From the NCBI GenBank assembly GCA_963761305.1, contig CAVXGK010000002.1:3136001-3200000 (forward strand): a DNA stretch of 64,000 nt. The letters run 5' to 3'. The DNA is from an uncultured Gemmatimonadaceae bacterium (lineage in GTDB: Bacteria; Gemmatimonadota; Gemmatimonadetes; Gemmatimonadales; Gemmatimonadaceae). Numbering within the stretch: the stretch's first letter is position 1; every line of letters begins with the position of its first letter. The notes beneath the pieces were generated by a model. The model ran no database searches, had not been told where the DNA came from, and saw nothing but the letters and a program-made list of their open reading frames with translations. Below are positions 58,825 to 64,000 of the stretch, in pieces. The translations under genes were made by a program, and so were the position numbers.

Positions 58825-59900
58825 CGGGTGGACGGGGGGAGGGGGAAGGGGACCGCCTCCACATCATGGTGCTCATGGGCGGCACGTCGTCAGAACGTGA
58901 CGTGTCGCTGGCCAGCGGCATTCGCGTCGCCGAAGCGCTGCGGTCGTTGGGGCATCGGGTGACGGCAGTCGATCCGGCGCGCGGCGAGATCAGCGGCGAC
59001 GAACAACGCGCGCTGGCTTCGGGGACCGTCGTTCGCGTCGCGCCGCCGTCGCAGGAATCGCTGCGCCAAATGGCGCGCGAGGCGTTGCCGCGTCTGGCGT
59101 CGAACCTCCCGCGCCGCGGCGACGCCGACGTCGTCTTTCTGGGGCTGCACGGCGGCAGCGGTGAAGACGGGACGATCCAGGCGATGCTCGAACTCACTGG
59201 CGTGCCGTTCACGGGAAGCCACACCCTGGCCAGCGCATTGGCGATGGACAAGGATCTTTCCAAGGTCCTGTTCCGCCAGGCGGGCGTGACGACCGCGGAC
59301 TGGCTCATGGCCCCGGCGTCGCCGGCCGACGTCCGGTCGAAAATTGGCTACCCGGCGATCGTAAAGCCCTCAAAACAGGGATCCACGGTAGGCCTGAGCG
59401 TCGTCAACGAGCCGGCTGGCCTCCAGGCCGCGATCGACGAGGCGTTCGACTTCGACGACGAAGTAATGATCGAGAGGTTCATTCCCGGCCGAGAGCTCAC
59501 GGTCGGGATTCTCGGCGGCGAAGCACTTCCGGTTGGAGAAATCATCCCGAGGCACGAGATTTACGACTACGAGTGCAAGTACACCGCGGGCATGGCCGAG
59601 GAGCGATTTCCGGCGGAGCTCACGGCTGACGAGACGGCGCGTATTCAGGATCAAGCACGAGAGGCGTTCGCCGCGCTCAAGCTCCGCGGGTACGCGCGCA
59701 TCGATTTTCGCATGGCGAGCGACAGCACGTTTTATTGTCTCGAGGCGAACACGCTCCCCGGAATGACGAATACGAGCCTCATACCGCAGGCAGCCGCGGC
59801 GGCGGGAATCACATTTCCGGCGCTGTGCGAGCGTATCGTGCACCTCGCACTCGAGGCGCACGACGGCTCGGCCTCGGCGCGGGGTGGAGGACCATCGTGA
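58821..59900 (+). CDS. ddl: D-alanine--D-alanine ligase
   Basis: MGGTSSERDVSL, LHGGSGEDG, MDK, GSTVG, YDYECKY, EANTLPG. Confidence 0.95.
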   Translation: MTGGRGEGEGDRLHIMVLMGGTSSERDVSLASGIRVAEALRSLGHRVTAVDPARGEISGDEQRALASGTVVRVAPPSQESLRQMAREALPRLASNLPRRGDADVVFLGLHGGSGEDGTIQAMLELTGVPFTGSHTLASALAMDKDLSKVLFRQAGVTTADWLMAPASPADVRSKIGYPAIVKPSKQGSTVGLSVVNEPAGLQAAIDEAFDFDDEVMIERFIPGRELTVGILGGEALPVGEIIPRHEIYDYECKYTAGMAEERFPAELTADETARIQDQAREAFAALKLRGYARIDFRMASDSTFYCLEANTLPGMTNTSLIPQAAAAAGITFPALCERIVHLALEAHDGSASARGGGPS

Positions 59901-60553
59901 ACCGGCCCTCTATTCCAACGGCCGCGCTCGCGGGCGTGCCGGCCGGTCTTCAGGCGCAGGGCGTCTGGATCGGCCATCGCCAACTTTTTGTGCGATTCGC
60001 CGCGGAAGCCGAGACGGCGACGATGTACACTGCGGACGCTCTGGCGTCGGAGATCCGGCGCTCGACGTCACGATCGGCGTTTCATTCGATCTCCATCACG
60101 GGCCGCGATCCTCTGGCAAACGTGGAATATCTCTGCGACGCGTTCAGCCGAGTGGAAAGTCCGTTGCCCGTGATGCTCGATTGCGATGGGCAGCGGCCGG
60201 AGGAAATCAGGGAATTGCGGAAGTTCATACGTCTGGTACAGGTCACGCTCGATGGCGCCGCGGTGGAGTCGGCGCACGAGCGCGCGTTCGAATCGCTCGC
60301 CGCGGCCGCGGCCTCGGACATGCAACATGCGTTAGTACTCAACGCCGATGGGCACTGGACCGACGCCCACATGTTGCGCGTCGTGGAACGTGCGCACGAG
60401 ACGAGCGGAGCCACAGCGGTCGTCATCCATCCGAGCGCCGCGACCCCGGTCGACAAGGACCGGCGATGGACGACGTTGTTCGAGCGCGCAGCCGCACTCC
60501 ACGGTAACGTTCGTCTTCTGCTCAGGCTCCCGCCGCCGACGGGAATGCGTTGA
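59897..60553 (+). CDS. QueE-like protein lacking the radical-SAM CxxxCxxC motif
   Basis: LQAQGVWIGHRQLFVRFA and HSISITGRDPL resemble QueE (QGEG..GRRQ.FVRF, SITGGEPL); GGAGG RBS; GTGA overlap with ddl. Confidence 0.65.
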   Translation: MNRPSIPTAALAGVPAGLQAQGVWIGHRQLFVRFAAEAETATMYTADALASEIRRSTSRSAFHSISITGRDPLANVEYLCDAFSRVESPLPVMLDCDGQRPEEIRELRKFIRLVQVTLDGAAVESAHERAFESLAAAAASDMQHALVLNADGHWTDAHMLRVVERAHETSGATAVVIHPSAATPVDKDRRWTTLFERAAALHGNVRLLLRLPPPTGMR

Positions 60554-60655
60554 GGCCGTCGTCGCTCGAAACCACAGCCAATTGCAGGTGACCGGAACAG
60601 CCCGTCCTTAGTCGTTTAGTAAAATAGAGATCAACCCCGTTCTTTCGAAGCGAAC

Positions 60656-61633
60656 ATGTCGTCGCCCGCGGTAACACCGGAATCCGAGCAGTTCAGGCTG
60701 ACGCCCGCCGTCCAGGCGATCATTGCGCTCAACCTGTTGGTGATGTTGGCGCAGACGGCCGTCGGATATCCGGACATGCGGGCGTGGCTCGCGTTCGACA
60801 CGGCCGGGTTCCCTGGCCACTGGTGGACCCCGGTCACGTACATGTTCGTTCACTCGGGGCTGAGTCCGCTCCTGGTGAACGCATACGCGCTCTATTTGTT
60901 CGGTCCGCGCGTCGAGCGGCAGTGGGGAACGCCGGCCACGGGTGAGAGCTCACGACCGTCGTCGTGGAGCAGCGCGTCGCGGCGGTTTGCCGGATTCTAT
61001 CTCTTGTGCGGTCTCGGTGGCGTCGCATTCCAGCTTCTGTTCTTCCGGAGCGGAGCGCTCGCCGGCGCATCCGCAGCCGTCTTCGGAATCATGACGGCGT
61101 ACGCGATGCAGTGGCCGGACGACGAAGTGATGTTCCTCTTCGTCTTCCCCGTGCGTGCGCGAGCCCTGGTCGTCGGCCTCCTCGTGTTCAACGTCGTGAT
61201 GGGGGTGGCAGGCGCTGACTCGGGAACCGCCGCCGCGGCCGGAACCAACATCGCGTACTTCGCGCATCTCGGCGGGGTGTTCGCGGCGTACGTGTACATG
61301 CGCATGGCGACCACGACGCCGAGCATGGACCAAGTGCGGCAGCGCGTGGCCAACATTCCCGAAGCCGATGAACCGCCGCGCGCCATTCCACGCAATCCGC
61401 CGCGTCGTGAGCGCGGCGACGAAGTCGACGACGTCGTGGCGAAGAGCAAGGCGACGATCGCCAAGCGAGTCGTCGCGGCGTCGCCGCCGTCGCCGCGCCG
61501 CGCCGAGGCGCGTGCCGACGAACTCGATCGCGTGCTCGACAAGATTTCCCAGCAGGGCATCGACAGCCTGACATCGGACGAGCGCAACGTGCTCGAAGAG
61601 ATGTCGAAGCGACTCCGCGGCCGCGAGCTCTGA
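60656..61633 (+). CDS. Rhomboid-family intramembrane serine protease with a C-terminal helical domain
   Basis: WTPVTYMFVH, GAS catalytic Ser, AHLGG catalytic His, LDRVLDKISQQGIDSLT. Confidence 0.9.
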   Translation: MSSPAVTPESEQFRLTPAVQAIIALNLLVMLAQTAVGYPDMRAWLAFDTAGFPGHWWTPVTYMFVHSGLSPLLVNAYALYLFGPRVERQWGTPATGESSRPSSWSSASRRFAGFYLLCGLGGVAFQLLFFRSGALAGASAAVFGIMTAYAMQWPDDEVMFLFVFPVRARALVVGLLVFNVVMGVAGADSGTAAAAGTNIAYFAHLGGVFAAYVYMRMATTTPSMDQVRQRVANIPEADEPPRAIPRNPPRRERGDEVDDVVAKSKATIAKRVVAASPPSPRRAEARADELDRVLDKISQQGIDSLTSDERNVLEEMSKRLRGREL

Positions 61634-61767
61634 TCTTTCTCCATCAGCACCTTCAGCAATCGCCCCTGGGCTGATGCTGCTGCTTGATGCTGATGCTGAC
61701 GGCTAGAGTCTCCGCTCTGCGCACCAGACGCCATCAGTGCGCACGCCAGCCACCACACGCCACTACT

Positions 61768-61801
61768 GAAAGAAAGAGCCCCCCGGGATGTCCCGGGGGG
61801 C
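61768..61801 (-). terminator. Minus-strand intrinsic terminator with no annotated upstream gene
   Basis: Perfect stem gccccccggga-tg-tcccggggggc followed by TCTTTCTTTC on the minus strand. Confidence 0.65.
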
Positions 61802-61890
61802 GATGCCGCCACGCCGTTCTCGCGGCGGCGATGACCAGCGCATAGCGCCGGCCCAGTGCCAATATGCGCCGCGCTACTCGGCGGCGCTAG
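61768..61890 (-). ncRNA. Candidate small RNA (about 120 nt)
   Basis: Lies between a TTGAGT-N17-AACAAT promoter and the terminator above, with several GC-rich hairpins. Confidence 0.4.
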
Positions 61891-61972
61891 ACAAGATTGT
61901 TTCCACGTCGATGTCGTGACTCAAGCAATGCATGATTTGCACCGGGACGCCGGTCGCGTGCATTCTTTGCCC

Positions 61973-62374
61973 ATGCCACGCGCCGATCTGCTCGAAACGT
62001 TTCCCAATCCGTACCCCGATCGACACTACGAGATCGCCATGGAGTGCGCCGAGTTCACCGCGCTCTGCCCGCTCGGCGGAGTCGAGACGGACGCATCGGA
62101 GCTCGAGGCGCTCAAGGGCGGCGCTCCGGACTTTGGGACGATCCGCATCACGTATGTTCCGCGCGACGCGTGTCTCGAGCTCAAGAGCCTCAAGCTCTAC
62201 CTCTGGAGCTTTCGCAACGACGGCATCTTCTACGAGCGCGCCGTGAACCGGATCCTGGACGACCTCTCACAGGCCGCTAAACCACGGTGGATGGAGGTGG
62301 TGGGTGACTTCAACGTTCGCGGCGGAATCAAGTCCGTCATCACGGCTCACGTCGGCGCGCGCGCCGATGCGTAA
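61973..62374 (+). CDS. queF: NADPH-dependent preQ0 reductase QueF (type I, with insertion)
   Basis: LETFPNP, EFTALCP, PDF, ELKSLKLY QueF motif, FNVRGGI. Confidence 0.9.
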   Translation: MPRADLLETFPNPYPDRHYEIAMECAEFTALCPLGGVETDASELEALKGGAPDFGTIRITYVPRDACLELKSLKLYLWSFRNDGIFYERAVNRILDDLSQAAKPRWMEVVGDFNVRGGIKSVITAHVGARADA

Positions 62375-64000
62375 GTCCCTCCTCGCGGCGACGCTCGTCT
62401 CATGCATCGCCGGTTGTTCGCATGGCGCCTCGGCCCCGGCGCCGGTCACAACGGGCGCCGGCACGAGAGGCGCGCCGGGCGCGACTGGGGCGATCGCTCC
62501 GGCACTCGACGCGATCCGCGAGAGCGATCTGCGCCGAGACATGTTCGCTATGGCCGGCGACGCGATGCGTGGACGCGAAGCGGGCACGCTCGACGAGATG
62601 CGCGCGACAGGCTGGGTGGCCGAGCAGGCGCGGGCTGCAGGCCTCCAGCCGGCGGGGGACGACGGAACGTTCTTCCAGTGGTGGCCGATGCGTCGCACGC
62701 GGCTCAGCGAAGCGAGCCAGATCTCGCTCGGCGGAAAGCAGCTTCAACTCTGGCGCGACGTCGTCGCGTTGACGAATCAGCCGGTCACGGCCGATTTGCC
62801 GGTCGTGTTCGTCGCCGACACGTCGGCCCTGGAGCATACGGACGTGCGCGGCAAGGCGGTGGCGATGCCGGTCGCGTCGATTCCGACGCAGCCGCTCGAT
62901 CAGTTCACGATCCGCGGAAACTTCCAGGCGACGACGGCGGCAATGATCCGCCAGCGCGCGGCGCGCATCGCCCAAGCGGGCGGCGCGGCGGCGATTCTCA
63001 TCTCGGACGGATCGAGCGCGCTCGACGAGGCGTTCGCAGCGACGGCGACTGTGTCGTCACGCGGAACGTACGCGATTGATTCGACGGGAGGTCCCGCCGG
63101 GACGTTCGCGCGACCCGCCAATCAGAATGCCGGCGGCGGCGAGCGCGGAAATGGTCGCGGGGGAGCGGTCGGGGCGGGCGGCGGCGCTGGACGTGGAGGA
63201 CGGGGAAACGCGCCGGCGATCGCGACGCTGTGGGTACGACACGATGCTTTGGACGCGGCGCAGTCCCCGAACGCCAAGCTCGTGGCGAACGTCGTGAGCG
63301 AAACGTTCTACTACCCGTCGGGCAACGTGATCGGCATCGTCAAAGGCACCGATCCGCGTTTGGCGCACGAGTACGTGCTCTACAGCGGGCACCAGGACCA
63401 CGACGGTACGCGGTACGCGGTGAACGGCGATTCGATCTGGAACGGCGCGGACGACAACGCGAGCGTGAGCGTGGCGATGCTCGCCACGGCGCGCGCGTTC
63501 GTGGCGCATCCGGCGGCGCGTCCGATCCTCTTCGTGTGGCACGGCGCCGAAGAGCGCGGGCTGCTCGGCTCGCGCTGGTACGTGAATCACTCGACCGTGC
63601 CGCATTCGGAGATCGTGGCCGTGTTGAACGGCGACATGATCGGCCGCAACGATCCCGACAGCGCGGCGCTGCTCGGCGCCCAGCCGCCGCACCGCAATTC
63701 GATCGCGCTGGTGGACGCGGCGCTCCGCGCCAACACGGAGCTCACGCATTTCAAGCTCGACACGATCTGGGATCGTCCGACGCATCCCGAGGGATGGTAT
63801 TTCCGCAGCGATCACCTGCCGTACGCGCGCGCGGGAATTCCGGCGATCGAGTTCAGCACACTGCTGCATCCCGACTATCACACGCCGCGCGACGAGCCGT
63901 CGCGCATCGATTTCACGAAGCTCACGCGGATGACGCGGTGGATGTACGCGACAGGTTGGATCGTCGCGAACGCGGCGCAGCGGCCGGATGTGATTCCGGG
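62367..64000 (+). CDS. M28-family metallopeptidase lipoprotein (partial, runs off the right edge)
   Basis: Read by hand from ATG 62367: lipobox IAGC, DAMRGREAG, NVIG, GHQDH, NGADDNAS, AEERGLLGS, DMIG, RSDH, DYHTPRD. Confidence 0.9.
   Translation, partial: MRKSLLAATLVSCIAGCSHGASAPAPVTTGAGTRGAPGATGAIAPALDAIRESDLRRDMFAMAGDAMRGREAGTLDEMRATGWVAEQARAAGLQPAGDDGTFFQWWPMRRTRLSEASQISLGGKQLQLWRDVVALTNQPVTADLPVVFVADTSALEHTDVRGKAVAMPVASIPTQPLDQFTIRGNFQATTAAMIRQRAARIAQAGGAAAILISDGSSALDEAFAATATVSSRGTYAIDSTGGPAGTFARPANQNAGGGERGNGRGGAVGAGGGAGRGGRGNAPAIATLWVRHDALDAAQSPNAKLVANVVSETFYYPSGNVIGIVKGTDPRLAHEYVLYSGHQDHDGTRYAVNGDSIWNGADDNASVSVAMLATARAFVAHPAARPILFVWHGAEERGLLGSRWYVNHSTVPHSEIVAVLNGDMIGRNDPDSAALLGAQPPHRNSIALVDAALRANTELTHFKLDTIWDRPTHPEGWYFRSDHLPYARAGIPAIEFSTLLHPDYHTPRDEPSRIDFTKLTRMTRWMYATGWIVANAAQRPDVIP

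Noticed and set aside
61898..61913. parS-like half site GTTTCCACGTCG
   Set aside because: Only one half matches and it is not palindromic; better explained as the promoter spacer.
61925..61972. Possible preQ1 riboswitch upstream of queF
   Set aside because: A small hairpin exists, but I see no preQ1-I loop consensus or A-rich pseudoknot tail.

Overview
GC-rich bacterial chromosomal window spanning the replication origin; gene content and style suggest Gemmatimonadota (inference). The core is dnaA-dnaN divergent from rpmH-rnpA-yidD-yidC-(MBL hydrolase)-mnmE. oriC lies between dnaA and dnaN and shows a Bacillus-like DnaA-box/DnaA-trio unwinding module. RNase P RNA (rnpB) is about 2 kb away, and mnmG-SIMPL-parS-parA-parB sits on the other side of the origin. 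Other genes: polA, mutS, holA, murB, ddl, pyrE, upp, queF, cystathionine beta-synthase, a nucleoside-type ABC operon with embedded Nif3/DUF34 and MFS genes, two M16 peptidase pairs, a blue-copper lipoprotein, a type IV pilin and an ECF sigma/anti-sigma pair. No rRNA, tRNA, CRISPR or mobile element was seen, and I found no clear novel multi-gene system. The best leads: an unannotated minus-strand transcription unit (promoter, about 120 nt structured RNA, terminator) upstream of queF; a QueE-like protein lacking its radical-SAM cysteines near a QueF with an insertion; an rnpA with no ordinary start codon whose frame stays open across rpmH; a recurring 25-bp IHF-like motif paired with sigma-54 promoters; and a Rex/CRP-type palindrome upstream of the blue-copper gene. 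Start codons were picked by eye and family names come from recognition, not database searches.
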